Below are positions 26,361 through 40,237 of a stretch of DNA of 64,000 nt, piece by piece. Numbering within the stretch: position 1 is the stretch's first letter; each line of letters begins with the position of its first letter. Source of the DNA: Ruditapes philippinarum. Its lineage: Eukaryota. The DNA is taken from the NCBI RefSeq assembly GCF_026571515.1, contig NW_026862585.1, positions 124,001 to 188,000 of the forward strand, written 5' to 3'. A model generated the notes under the pieces. That model was not told where the DNA came from. It saw nothing but the letters and a program-made list of their open reading frames with translations, and did not search any database. The translations under genes and the position numbers were made by a program.

Positions 26361-27290
26361 ATTTTTGTGTCCCCACTTTAGTGGCGGGCATTTAGATTTA
26401 CCCTTTTCCGTCCGTCTGTTCTCTTTTTGTGTCGCACGTAACTCGAAAAGTATTTGCCCGAGAGTCATGAAACTTTACAGGAATGTTGATCAGCATGTGT
26501 AGTTGTGCACCTGGGTATTTTCGTCAGGATATTTTTAGTATTTTTAGAGTTATTGCCCTTGACTTAGTAAAATTTTGCAATTTTCAACTTGTGTCGCATG
26601 TAACTCAAAAAATATTTGACCTAGAGTCATGAATCTTAACAGGAATGTTGAACAGCATGTGAAGTTGTGCACCTGGGTATTTTCGTCTGGATATTTTTAG
26701 TATTTTTAGAGTTATTGCCCTTGACTTAGTAAAATTTTGCAATTTTCAACTTGTGTCGCATGTAACTCAAAAAGTATTTGACCTAGAGTCATGAAACTTT
26801 ACAGGAATAATGATAAGCATGTGTAGTTGTGCACCTGGGTATTTTCGTCTGGATATTTTTAGTATTTTTAGAGTTATTGCCGTTGACTTAGTAAAATTTT
26901 GCGATTTTCAACTTGTGTTGCATGTAACTCAAAAAGTATTTGACCAAGAGTCATGAAACTTTACAGGAATAATGATAAGCATGTGTAGTTGTGCACCTGG
27001 GTATTTTCGTCTGGATATTTTTAGTATTTTTAGAGTTATTGCCGTTGACTTAGTAAAATTTTGCGATTTTCAACTTGTGTCGCATGTAACTCAAAAAGTA
27101 TTTGACCTACAGTCATGAAACTTTACAGGAATGTTGATCAGCATGTGTAGTTGTGCACCTGGGTATTTTCGTCTGGATTTATGTAGTTTTTTTAGAAATA
27201 TTGCCCTTGCTTTAGAAATTTTTTGCAATTTTCAACTTGTGTCGCATGTAACTCAAAAAGGATTTGACCTAGAGTCATGAACCTTACAAG
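26361..27290 (+). mobile_element. HINE-like element E with a 162-bp tandem array (about 5.4 units); 3' end not found
   Basis: GTGTCGCATGTAACTCAAAA recurs about every 162 bp from 26429 to 27239; 5' end TGTCCCCACTTTAGTGGCGGGCA plus CCGTCCGTC. Confidence 0.8.
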
Positions 27291-27992
27291 CATTCTTTTA
27301 GTTTTGGACCATACGCTGCTTTTCATGAAATGACACGGAAGTGTCGCATTGAATATTCATGATAACCGCCGTATGAAGACATCTACGGATGTTTTTAAAT
27401 TCAAACTTTTACCATTACCATATGATTAACTGTTAAAACATTTTTAATTTTGTCGTTTGGACTTCTTTAGGGATTTTTCTCTGTTTTTCTCTATTTTGTA
27501 CTTTGTATAATTGCCAGAGAAATTAGACTAATAGAAATTAGACTGACAAATGCGTCTAAATCAGATTTTCTCGCTGTTCGATGCTATGACATTGACTTAA
27601 AATCTCTTGTTGCTAGGTACTGAGTTTTTTAATCTTGCCAGACAGTTTTATTTCTGTCACTTGATGAAGATATTCTGCTGGCTGTTCATCGGGACTGAAG
27701 TAATACACTGTCTTCAATTTTAGTCAATTCATCATAGTCGCCAATCAGAAAAAGTTTGTACACCAAATTGGCTCGATATTGTGAGCCACAGTCTCAGACC
27801 TTTCTCCGCTAGTAAAGCTAGAAAGGTGCTGCAATAGTGCTGCAATATGACATTTACAGTATCAGTTTAGCTTAATCATTATCTTCCACATAAATACATG
27901 TATGCTAAAGTATACGACTGACCTTTCATAATAATCATCTTGAAACTTGTAATTGATGTAAATTTGAAAGCCTTAATTACGATAGACCGGCA

Positions 27993-28280
27993 GGGCCATT
28001 TCATCTTCATGAATTCACAATTTAAACTTCGTGAATTCCCATTTTCAACATACTTATTGACGAATTCACGATTTCAGCTTCATGAATTCCGGATTTCAAC
28101 TTTACGAATTCACGATTTCAACTTCATAAATTCACGATTTCATCTTCACGAACTCATGATTTTAACTTCATGAATTAACGATTTCAAATTCACGAATTCA
28201 ACCTCGTCAATTCACGATTTCAACTTGAAATCGGGAATTCGTTAAGATGAAATTTGGAATTCATGAAGTTGAAATGTCCC
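27993..28280. mobile_element. Fold-back/MITE with 24-bp TIRs and internal ~22-bp repeats
   Basis: GGGCCATTTCATCTTCATGAATTC vs GAATTCATGAAGTTGAAATGTCCC (22/24 inverted match); internal CACGATTTCAACTTCATGAATT units. Confidence 0.75.
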
Positions 28281-29185
28281 CACATGTCTTTTGTACTTAA
28301 TAGCCGATATTATCTTCACACTAAATCAACAGTTTCTGGATAATTTCCCAAAGACAAGTTTTGAAGAAAAATAGAATCAAAAGAACGTTTGAATTATATA
28401 CATCTATGGATATAACTTTGGCATTATGAATTTTTAAAAATGAATACATGCAAAATGTCAAATTTAATATAATGTTTATTGCACATATATATATATATAC
28501 ACATGTATGTTAAATACAAAATATTTTAGAAATAAAATTTACTTATTTGAGACAATAAGATACAATGTTAGAGGTGAAAATAGGTGCATGATTGGTTTTA
28601 AATGATAAAACTTTAACATGCATTGAATGACAAAAATTTTAAGACATTTTTTGTCAGCAAAAACCAATTGAAGGGTCACCATCATCATCATCTGTGTCTT
28701 ATATTTTATGTTGTACTATATCATTAGCAAACATATATTAACAATTTCCGTAAACAAGTTAGACTATTACTTTTGTTGAAAAAAAGACCGATTTGATGAT
28801 GAAAGTGCCAACCTGACATTTTGTGTAAAACACCAAAGCTGGTATGACATTTCATGTAAGACAGACCTTTGCATACATGTCTGACATTTCATGTACAAAA
28901 AAACCATAACATGTCTGTCTTTTCGTGTAAAACAGACCTTAACATGTAAAAGACATACCTAAATGGTAAAATGATAATGGACGGAAACTTAAAAATTAAG
29001 ATGAATAATATAAAATATCTTCAGAAATATACATAAAACATCAAAACATCTGTATATATTCTAATAACAATAACAGCTAAAAATTGCATAACACACTGAA
29101 CTGTTATTATATGTTATGGTTGTACATTGTTTTTTGATGTTATTATATCAGTAAAAGTTTTGTTTAATTTTTGTCTAGTTACAGT

Positions 29186-32100
29186 TTAGACTGGTATCAC
29201 ATAATCAACATAGTCCAAACTGTAGTCAAATGAATTGAGAGTAATGAAATAGCACAACTGATTCAGGAAGTTATTTGATGTCGACGGCAAATCGTTGTAA
29301 GAATTAACGTGAAGGAATTTATTGCCATGAAATGTCCTGGAAAAGTCTCTAATTGTTGGACTGTTTCCAATGGCTACAACAAAAACATCAGAAGACGTGG
29401 ACAAATCTTTAGCAGCTCTTAACGCACTGCCGTCAACGGAGTTCATATCAGAGTCGATGAACAGGATAGATGATTTAGAGGAATCGGACCTACCGCCATA
29501 CTCTGATGAAAACCCTGTACGTTTTACTTTGTTGATAAGGTCGGAAAATGTGGATACACCAATACTTGTGAAATCTGCAGCGGAGAGTCTATTGCTCAAT
29601 TGAAAGTTTCCACCAGAAGGGCAGTTGTCTGTGATTCTTCCGATGTGTAGATGTTTTGATGAGATATCGAGATTTGATACGATAGTTGCTATAAACATGG
29701 AGATCGCCTCTGATTTTTTAGGTCCGAGAGCACTGGAGTCGTAAACAAACATCATGTCCGTATTTCTCTTAACCAGGCATCCTGTAACATAAAACAAAAT
29801 GAATGTCAAAACCAAGAAAAGAGCGTTAAATTCGAAATCATCGTTTAATTTGTTTGTTTTTTTGTAAACTGGTTTAAGATTTACTAATTAAGGTCATTAT
29901 TAATACATTATCATAAAATATCAGTAACTTTATTGTATAGTAATTCAATATGAAAGCGTTATAACATGTTGGAGTCATTAAGATATTTATTTTTTAAGTT
30001 AACCAATAATTGAAGTCACTTACACATGCTTTACATAACCATTAACTATATTGTACCCTAAAAAGGAATTGAATGCGTTTTGACAAAGTGGAGTTTTAAA
30101 ATTAGAAACAATGATAAAGATATTAAACTTACTCGGCTGATCATTTGGTATTTCTTTATTTTCATCTGGTTTAGCCGAACAGGTCTTTATGGCCAGCAAG
30201 TCTTTAATTGTTTCAAGCGAGTTGAAATCATTTACTTGGAACACGTAGTTGTCATCAGGATTGCTAGCAATATTCTGTATTTCTAGCAGATCAATTCCGT
30301 CTCCAATTCCAATTGCAAATACTTTAATACCCGCAGCATGAGTAAGGAGCGCTTCCCGTCTGGTTAAGTCTTCGTTTGCCGACAGTCCATCTGTCAAAAC
30401 GATTGCGATTTTGACAACTCCAGGACGATTGTTGTCCCGTCGGAAACCATCCTGGCGAATCATTTTAAGAGCTTCAGAAGTAGTGGTACCTCCGCCTATG
30501 TGGTCAATATTTCTTATTTTGCTTAGAAGCTGTCGTTTATCGAGAGAATTTTCAAGCGGTAGAATCATTTGAGACATATGACTGAAATTTATGATTCCAA
30601 CACGAGTTTTATCGTTTGAAATATCAAACAGCTTTACTACGCTTTGTACAAACTGAAGCTCTTTGTTGAAGTCTTTACTTGTTATACTGCCCGATGAGTC
30701 AATTACAAAGAAAACATCAGCAGGTTTTCCGCCACAATCTACAAGAAAGACGTTAGATTTTGTCAACAGGTGTTACAGATATTATAAAATATGAAGTTAA
30801 TTTCTCCCCTTAAAGAAACGCATTTAATGAAAAAAAAACATTAAGACCGTCGAATGTTTGACGATGTATAGATTAATACACAATAAGTAGGACTTTTTTG
30901 AATTCTTACCTTACTTATGGTTAAGAAGTTGTGGACGTCATAAGCCTTTAAACTATTTAATGAAAATAATCGAGAATATCGTAATAACTATTCAAGGAGA
31001 CATACTTTTCAAGGACTGGTCTGATGGTATATTCGTCGGCTCAGTTGTGACGGGAACTGGTATAATTGTAGGAGTCCTTTCTGTAACTAAAATGAAATAC
31101 AAAACATGTAATTATAACATATGAATCAACATAATTAAGAGCTACGTTTCTGGTGTAAACAAGCTTTACAATTTCAATTTGTAAGACAATAAAGAATTCC
31201 TTAAATTCAACTTCAAAGCAAAACGTTACTCAAAAACCTTTATTATGACCTTTTTAAAGACCGCAAAGAACGGACACTACGTAATTGTTAAACACCAAAA
31301 GGACTTACCATCACACGCTCTGCTGGCCAGCTTTTGCACAAGTGTTTTATTCAATGCATTGAAATTATCAACCGTGTAAAGATACTCGTCATCTGGATCA
31401 CTTGCTATATCGGCTAACTCTTGATAATCAAGACGCCTTCCAACACCAAGAGCAAATGTTTTGATGCCACTGTCATGAGCTAGTTTTGCTGCTTCTCTTG
31501 TTTCTATGACGTTTTGTGATCGTCCGTCTGTGATGACCACAGCAATACGAGAAACTCCCACCCTACTTCTATCATCATCTGTAAACATAGTTTTCACAGC
31601 CGTATCAATTGCCTTCCCAGTTTTGGTCCATCTCCCTCTTCTATGGTCAATCTTTTCCACTGCTTTTACTAGTCCATTGACGTCATAGTTATTATTCAAC
31701 TGGATTTCTGGCCAAACATCATGTCCAAAAAGTAAGATGCCAACACGTGTTTGAGTCGGTCCCTGTCCTATGTCAAAATTTTTAACCACGTTGGCGACAA
31801 ATCTTGTTTGTTTTCTAAAATCATTAAGCCATATACTGTTTGAAGAATCCAAGATAAATACGATATCTGCAGGCTTGTTTGTACATCCTGTCAAAGGCAC
31901 TGCTGTTACTCCACTGACTGCCAGACACACTAGCCCCGACTAAAATATGTAAGGGAACACACATTAATCAGTGCTTTTAAACGACACATTTTAAGCAAAA
32001 CGTTGCTTTATTAAATCAGATATAAACTAAAGAACATCAATTTTACTTTAAATTCAATTATCAAAACAATAAATTTCACGATTAAGCAAAATATTTACAT

Positions 32101-32544
32101 TTTCTACTTTGAAGCTAGGACTGAACATATATCCGTGCATGGAAAAACGAGTTTAATTAGCTATTACAAATTTAATAATTTTAATTATGACATATTTCTG
32201 ATAATATCAATTATATTATTTTGTTATTTTGGTGTGAATATAAGTACAAAAAATATATTATATAAAAAGGAATTATTTATTGAATTAATCTATTTTTATA
32301 CTGATATTTTCGTACGAAAAAAAAGATTATATGTGTGATTTGAATTGATCTGAGCTTAATATAAGTGGTCACTATAAACTCATTTAATCACATTAGAAAA
32401 CATTTAAAATTTAAACAGTACATCCGATTTAAAAATAAGCAAAAATCGTGATAAAAAATTCCCATATACATATATTCAAATAATTTCTATATTTAAATTT
32501 CAAAAAATGAATAAATTAACTCTTACCACAAAAATCAAAATCAT
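29186..32544 (-). CDS. Secreted protein with three von Willebrand factor A domains (matrilin/collagen-VI-like), 643 aa
   Basis: Minus-strand exons 32544-32527, 31939-31309, 31086-31006, 30738-30133, 29781-29186; phases 0,1,1,1 match. Signal peptide MILIFVSGLVCLAVSGVTA; VWA1 DSSNS..T..TDG; Pro/Thr linker VTERTPTIIPVPVTTEPTN; VWA2 DSSGS..T..TDG; degenerate VWA3 (DSSAL). No collagen triple helix or EGF repeats. Confidence 0.9.
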
Positions 32545-32662
32545 TTCAATAGTATCACGATTTCTTTCCTTTCCCGTACTTTAGATCTACTATTCCTATT
32601 TTAGATCACGTCAAGATCGGTAAGTATTACGATCTGTATGTCTAGTAATCACGTCTGATCAA

Positions 32663-32668
32663 TTTATA
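32663..32668 (-). promoter_or_regulatory. TATA box of the 3xVWA gene
   Basis: TATAAA on the minus strand about 120 bp upstream of ATG 32544. Confidence 0.45.
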
Positions 32669-35600
32669 CTCTTCTCTTAAGTGGCTTGAATAATTTCTAA
32701 TTCCTCACCCACTCTCATCTCATAGTTAAGATACTTTAGTTTATTCGTATTCGAACTTTGAAAGGTGAAGCTGAACAAAGCACGTATTCATTATAAGTCA
32801 TTGATGTTGATATGCGCGCATCTGTTGTAACCACAAATTGCTATGATACATAAAATACATTATACCGTACAGCATTTCAACATTCGTAGCTTAGAAAAAA
32901 ACATTCACGTATAAAATTTGAAGCATCTGAAGTGGTTAATACTCAAAAAGCATCTTGAAACATGATGAAAAAATGTAACTGAGAATTACTAAAGACGTAA
33001 TTTTCATTCAGGTCGTTTGAGTTTGATTGTCCACTCATACTCCACTTGTAACTTGTTTTTGTTGTTTTGATCAGTATCAACTATGTAAAGTTGTCGTGTG
33101 ACAGTAATAGACAAGAAAGGTAGGACCAGACAACATATCGTTTGTAATATAGTGGTGTACGTGCAAAATTTACCGTTTTCAGGATACAGAAGGGAGGGCT
33201 TTTGTAATTACTGACTTACCGCCTGTTTAAATTATAATTTCTATGCAATCTTCCTGCAAAACGTTTTAAGTCTATACATACATTGATCTTGTTTGTTAAC
33301 TGTCTCGGTACTATGCCGTCCCTATTATTTTCGGCGTATTTGCCATATGGACGGCTTTTGAATAATTATTATATACTAGCAGATTTGGAAACATATATAA
33401 TTATTATAATACTAATAACAAATAATAATAATTATATTAATTAATAATATAGTAATTTCTTAGAAAATCTTCTGGCAAATAGATGATCAATAAATAAATA
33501 ACCCTCTGGCAGCGAAAGGGTTAAAATCATAATAATCATACTAAAATCTACTGATTTGCAATTAAACGAATCTTAATTAAAAACACACTTTTGACGTTCT
33601 GTAATTAATGGTTATTCATTAATATATTCATAATGTACATATAGATCATATTATAAAAGTTTCAAACCAAAGCGAATATTGCGAATGTATTTTAAACATT
33701 TGTAAGTTTTCAGTAAGTTTCTCTAATTGTGGTCAGTATAAAATCTATTAAATAGTTGATCTATCCTTATTATTATAACGAGTCGACAGGGAAAATATTC
33801 AAGTACTTGCTAATTTTCTAAATAATAAAACCAGCAAACGAAATATAGTTTATACGGGGCCCCCAAGATTTAGACCTTACTATCTACACAAAAAATACTT
33901 ACCTTTGTTTCGCATATTTTTCCGGTAAATATTAGAGCTATTATTTTAAAAAAAATTAAAATTACAAAATGATTTTTTTCTTCAAATTTGTTAGTTTTTG
34001 TAATATTGACGGTTTTACATCAATAACTTTTGAAACTAGTATTATTTACGATAATTATATGTAACATGTTTATAACAACATACATATAGTCTCCTATATT
34101 ACTTTATAAGAATGACCATTTACAGGTATTTTATGTTTTATTTAATGTGTACTTGTATTATATGTACATGTATTGGATGAGATTTAAATAAACTAATAAT
34201 AATAAAAAGAAAAATATGTTTACGTATTGATCTTTGTAAAATTGCATTACATATATTACAGAAGAACGCAAGTTAAATTTCCTGTTGTGAAAAATTCCGT
34301 TATGTACTGTTAAAATACAGTTCAAGTTTTCATTCATATATATTTTTAACAAAATATTTTATAAAATAACCCACCGATATTTATATTGCAAATTTTACTG
34401 TAATGATTTAGAAATAATTAAATTTTATTTCCGTTGCTTACTAAACGGCAGCTGCTCATTTGGAAAAACAATTAAATTATATTTTAAGCATGAATTAATT
34501 TCACCACAAAGTATGTGGAATGTGTACAGACTAAACCACAAATGTAATAATTACTATAACATTTCCCCTTTTTCATATGAAAATTAATTTTATTCATGAT
34601 AATGTGAAATATTTTAGATTGTGAAATAAAGGAAAGATTATCCGGCCATATGAACAATACCTGTCATTTTTTATTTCAAGAAGTTAAAAGCATATTGATT
34701 TTACCGAAATGAATTAGTCTTACAATTTATATAATATAATATGTTAATAAAGGGAGTTTATATTGATTGTCTTTTCAACTTTGAGAAAAATGTAGTTGGA
34801 TTTTAAGAACAGTAAAGATATTCACTGTTCAAGTATTGATTTACATGTTATTTGCAATGTATTTCTGATTTTGTAGTATTTATCAACATATTTCTACAAC
34901 GTGACTAACGCAGATTTAATCTAAATTTTATTTAATTTACATCAAAGTGCCGTCTGTAATGCTTTGAGTACTTCCTACATTCATTTGACAATATTTCAGT
35001 TTGATACATTAAGTGTAAAATCATAATTTTTCATAATATGTTTCTTCTTTTTTCAATCTATGACAGAAACATTTAATAAAACATGCATATACTATTTTTC
35101 ACATGTGAAACAAGAGCTATATTTCTTCTTTATCACTCAAAAGAAAGAAAACGTAACCATTTATTATGCGTGTTTTTTTTTAAATCAGGCAGGGTGCATG
35201 GTTTATTATTACACTGCTTCAGTTTAAGTGAGGTTTTATGCTTTTGCTATGTTATAGTGTTATAGTAAAATACCTGTAATTTGATGTTATAAATATTTTT
35301 GGCCATCATTTGATCTTAATACCGTAAATATGACACAGAATTCGGAAAGATAATCACATTAAATCTATTATGAACAGTACATCTTTGAAGAACGTTATTT
35401 ACTATGACATCATGTAATAGACATGCGTTTTATTAGACATAGAAGTTGAGTAATGTGTTTGTTTTTCTAATCATTATAAACATGCCATGAGTAAAAGATT
35501 GATTTATAACCACAGAACATACCAGCGTGAAAGAAGGGTGATTCATAAAACCAGCGATCAAATATGTACACAGAAATATATCGAAACAACAGAAAAGGGA

Positions 35601-36996
35601 TCGACAGAAACCTAATTTTGTTAAAGACGTATTAGTAGCAATCATTATGTCACTTTAAAAGAGCTTCACTGCATATGAGGTCCAAAAGCCTAAACTATTA
35701 TATTTGAAAATCTTAAACAGATCAAGTGGAGAACTTAAAACTGAAAAGAAAAATGCAAAATATATTAATGAAATATGTGCAGATTGCAGAATCAAATTGA
35801 AACTCGATATTTTGTGCGATTATGCCCGATTGAAATCGCTTCCAACCGTTTAAACGAGTGTCGTTATTACGAAATGAAGGGTCTTTGATCATAAAATATA
35901 AGTAAAAACAAACCAAGATGAATCAAACAATGTGATACACAGAAGAAGCAGATCTAAAAAAATTGTTAGGGAGTACAAAACCGGTTGGTAGTTAAACCTC
36001 ATTTTTTACCAGAAATGTCGTGAATATAATATAGGGCCTACTACATGTAACATTATCGACATACCTCTCGTAATATTACATCATTTGACTGTATTTTACT
36101 TAATATAATAAAGAAAATAAAAAGCGACCAATCGGTTTCTAAATGAATATATTACTATTTGTTGGTCTTAATGAAACACAGATGTCAGCAGATGTTTTTT
36201 TTCTGATTGCACATCACATTATGCTACATTATAATGTCGCTGAATATTTTATGTTGAAAACAATAAAATGAAATGCATAGCAGAAAACGGATTTTCCGTA
36301 TATTGAAAACAAATCAGACATAAAATGCGTATAAAATGAGACATTTATTCAAATTAGATTGAGCAAAAATAACAAGATGTTTACTAATGGATTAACCAAA
36401 AACGTATTACATATCATCTTGTATGTAAAATATCCATCGCGTTTCCATCACAACAGTAATAAGCACAAACTAATATTTTAACGGTGATACTAAAACCATC
36501 AAACCAAAACAAAACTTCTAACTTATTCAGACACGAATAAAAAATATTATTCATTTACACCTTGATTTTGGAAATTGACCCAAACTTAATAATACTTAAC
36601 ATATATAAATGCAAATGCAGTTCAAGAAAAGTAACAACATTTCATTCTAGAGTTAGTGCACAACATGTATATCTATTTAAAAATATTCATGAATCAAATA
36701 GGTAAAGAGACAGTAATTATACTTTTACTAGATAAGCTAAGCAATATGAAAACAGAATGATTACATACATACACATACAAGAAAGATTTTTACTACTTGT
36801 TGTATGAGGATAGATTTACAAAACAATGTTGAGTTTCTTCAATTTCATTATTTCCGTATTACAAGTATCATATTTGCTAATATATAATACGGACATGCAT
36901 TTTGCTCTTTTTAAAACACATGGCAAACCAACGACTTTTTTTTTATATAAATAACCCAAATTTTCAAAGATTGTAATAACGCCCTGTCTACTAACT

Positions 36997-37245
36997 ATGG
37001 TTTGCCTCAAATATGCATCTCTTAGATCAGCCATAGATATTATTAATGTTGCAATATTCAAAAAGCTTTTTTTAACTTTGATGTCAGAATCGTCAACCAC
37101 GCATTATTTATAAGTAGGTCACGACCCACTGACCATGGTTTGCCTCAAATATGCGTCTTCTAATCAACCATAGATACTAATTCAATAAGCTTATTTTGTT
37201 GCCCACCAGCGCATTATTTATAAGTAGGTCACGACCCACTGACCA
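36997..37245. repeat. Local tandem duplication upstream of the 2xVWA gene
   Basis: ATGGTTTGCCTCAAATATGC at 36997 and 37135; identical 36-mer at 37100-37135 and 37210-37245. Confidence 0.85.
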
Positions 37246-37571
37246 ATATATATATTCTTAGCAAATTGGCATGCGAATAACAAGGAGTGATACATTAAAG
37301 TGCAATGAATAATCGTTTTTTCCCATTAATTTGCTAGATAATGACAACTTAAAAACCGAGCCATTGTCAAGTGATACTTAAAAAAGTTATAAATAATAAA
37401 TTTTACAATTACGGAAACTCTCATTTACGTGTTTGCATTTCTACTTGAGAAATCGAAAATTACCTTATAAGAGAATAGTCGGGATTTTCCGCCAACACTC
37501 GAAAATAGTTGACATTCCAAGACGGTGAATTCATTCCCACGGCCCTTCATTCATACTTTATGAATGAAGGG

Positions 37572-37578
37572 TATATAA
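37572..37578 (+). promoter_or_regulatory. TATA box of the 2xVWA gene
   Basis: GGGTATATAAGC about 110 bp upstream of ATG 37686. Confidence 0.5.
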
Positions 37579-37685
37579 GCCGTAACAAATCTGATCGAAG
37601 CCATTAGACAAAACACTGTCAATTACAAACATTAACTTAGTCAAAAATAGATATTGTTCAACTATCTCAGTAGAGAAAGTAAAAA

Positions 37686-40237
37686 ATGGGAATGGCAACC
37701 ATGTATTGTAGAATTGTTTTAATTATGATGACCTATTATGTAAGTATCATTCTAAAATTAGTTTATTTTGAATTTTTTGAGCATTTTCAATTATTATGAA
37801 ATGTTTTTTATATTAATGTTGACATGCTTCACATAAAACAAACTTTGTTATTTTACAGGTTTCAAATTATGAAGCTGCACCTTCAGAACTGATAGGTGGA
37901 GATGGTACGACATTTAATTATTTTTTAAACATATTTCATCTGTTTCTTTTAAATGCATGCATCATTAGGAATACCATAACTTAAACAACACTAATCATTA
38001 AAAGAATATATGTAATATACCGTTTGTAAATTACATCAAGAGAGCGTTTGCAACGAATTAAATACGTTTAGAGCTTAATATGAATATGTAATAATCAAAA
38101 TTTATCTGAATCTATTTTAGTATGTGGGGCTAAACCGGCGGAAATATATTTCCTGCTTGACTCCTCTACGAGTATATGGTCCGTAGACTTCAAAAAACAG
38201 CTAGAGTTTGTTAAAGCCGTTGTAAACACCTTTGAGATTGGTCCAGACAAAACAAGAATTGGTGTTGCTTCTTTCTCATACACATTTCATGAACATTTTG
38301 GGCTTGATCGGTACAGTAAAATAGAAGAAATAGAAAATGCTGTCAAAAGAATACCACAATATATTGGCGGGACTCATACCGACAAAGCTTTGAATGGCGT
38401 CTTGAGTAGAGGTCTCAGCAAGGATAAAGTTCGCAAAGACATTGCAAGAATTCTAATTGTTCTGACGGATGGAGCATCTTTCAATGCCAAGAAGACCAAA
38501 GACATGGCACAAAAAGTCAAGGTAATGAGTGAAATAATTACATTCTAAAATTCATAAATATGTAAAGTCTCATAATGTATAACATCTATGAAATAGACTA
38601 GCGAAGTACTAGCGAAGACAATCAAGCATTGTATCTTTTAATACTGTTAAAAAAACTTAAAATACATGGAGAATATGGACTCTTGAAATTAAAAAAGTAA
38701 ATAGAATAAATCATTGAAAGGAATATAATAATCGTTTATTTTATGGTTATTGCTAGCTACATTTAGGATAATATAATATCACTCTTGTATTTTATAACTA
38801 TGTTTTACCTTTTCCAGGACGAAGGTATTGTCGTTTTCGCTGTTGGTATAGGCTCAAGGACAAATAAAGATGAACTTGCTGCTATAGCAAGTACTCCTAA
38901 AAATCCCGATGACAAATACTTGTTTGAAGTTGATAATTTTGATGATCTAGACAATACTGTCAAAAATAAGTTAACAACCAAGGCTTGTGAAGGTAAATTC
39001 AGCTAAATAAGTAAAACAAGAATATCTCTATCCTTTACAAGTGAATTTTTAAAATTTTCTTTTTAAAAACATTTTTCCATGTAACTATGCTTTGGTTAAT
39101 ATGTATGTAATATGAAAGGTTTCTTTTTTATTTTATAAAAGAATATTAAACATTAAAAGGGTATTTTACCTAAAAAGCAACCAATTTCAATCAATAAGCG
39201 CAATATTATTCATATGTTTCTGTTTAACTTTGATTATCTCAGACACGGAATGACTATTAAGTTAAAACTAACATATTCATTTTTATATGTTTTAAAGTTA
39301 AAGTTGAAGAAGAATCAGTGGAAACCGAGAAAGAGGATCAAAAGGATGACAATTCAGGTCCAGAATGTGGCAAACATAACATAGCCGATGTGATGTTTGT
39401 AGTCGACCCCTCTGAAGTTGGTTCATTTCACACAAAGCGCATATATGATTTCATTGGTAATGTTGTAAACGATTTCAATATGGGAAAAGACAACATACAG
39501 GTCGGATTAGAATCCCAAAACTGTGGTGCAGCAAATATTTCTTTAAATCAATACAACAACAGCAGAGATCTAGCAAAGGCATTTCGCTCTACAAAAGTAT
39601 CCCAATTACCAGATATGCTAAAACGGTTAAGGACCCATTCTTATACGAAAGAAAACGGTGGAAGAAACATTGCAAGACGCATGGCTGTTATTTTTGTAGA
39701 CGATAGCTTGTATGACAAGAAAACCGTCTTAGATGAAGCAAGAAGAACAAAACTTCAAGATGTTGAATTGTTTGTGGTTGCAATAGGCGATAGTGTTGAT
39801 GATGAACTGAAAGCCTTATGTAGCAGCCCAGTTGAACGGCACATCATCCGAGTACCTTCGTATCAAGAGTTGATGGAATCTAAACCACAATTTATGAAGA
39901 AATTCTGTCTTGGTATGTATTTATTGACTTATAGAAAATTTTTAATTTTTAAGATAAAAATGAGATAACAGTAATAGAATAATTAGAGATAATAACGGGA
40001 ATAAAATATTAAACATAGAATGATTATGGATTATTATGAAAATGATATTTCAATAATAGAATAATTCTGGTGTGTAGACGTGAGTTATTGAAAAAACGAT
40101 AATATATTTAGTAATTTAAACACAGGAAAATGATAAACAATTTATGTGTTTTGTAAGGAATGAGCTCATTCAGGAGTACATCGAGCAACAAATAAATTTT
40201 CAATATAATCCTCATTTTCTTTTTTTCAGGTCTTTAA
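37686..40237 (+). CDS. Secreted protein with two VWA domains, paralogue of the divergent neighbour, 432 aa
   Basis: Exons 37686-37739, 37859-37904, 38121-38521, 38818-38992, 39298-39912, 40230-40237; phases match. Signal-like N-terminus MGMATMYCRIVLIMMTYYVSNYEA; VWA1 CGAKPAEIYFLLDSSTS..GGTHT..LTDG; acidic linker; degenerate VWA2 (DPSEV); ends KFCLGL*. The start could be ATG 37686, 37692 or 37701. Confidence 0.88.

Noticed and set aside
29370-31688. Plus-strand ORFs at 29370, 30080 and 31506 (also minus-strand ORFs at 38095, 53146 and 23544)
   Set aside because: Antisense shadows of real coding exons.
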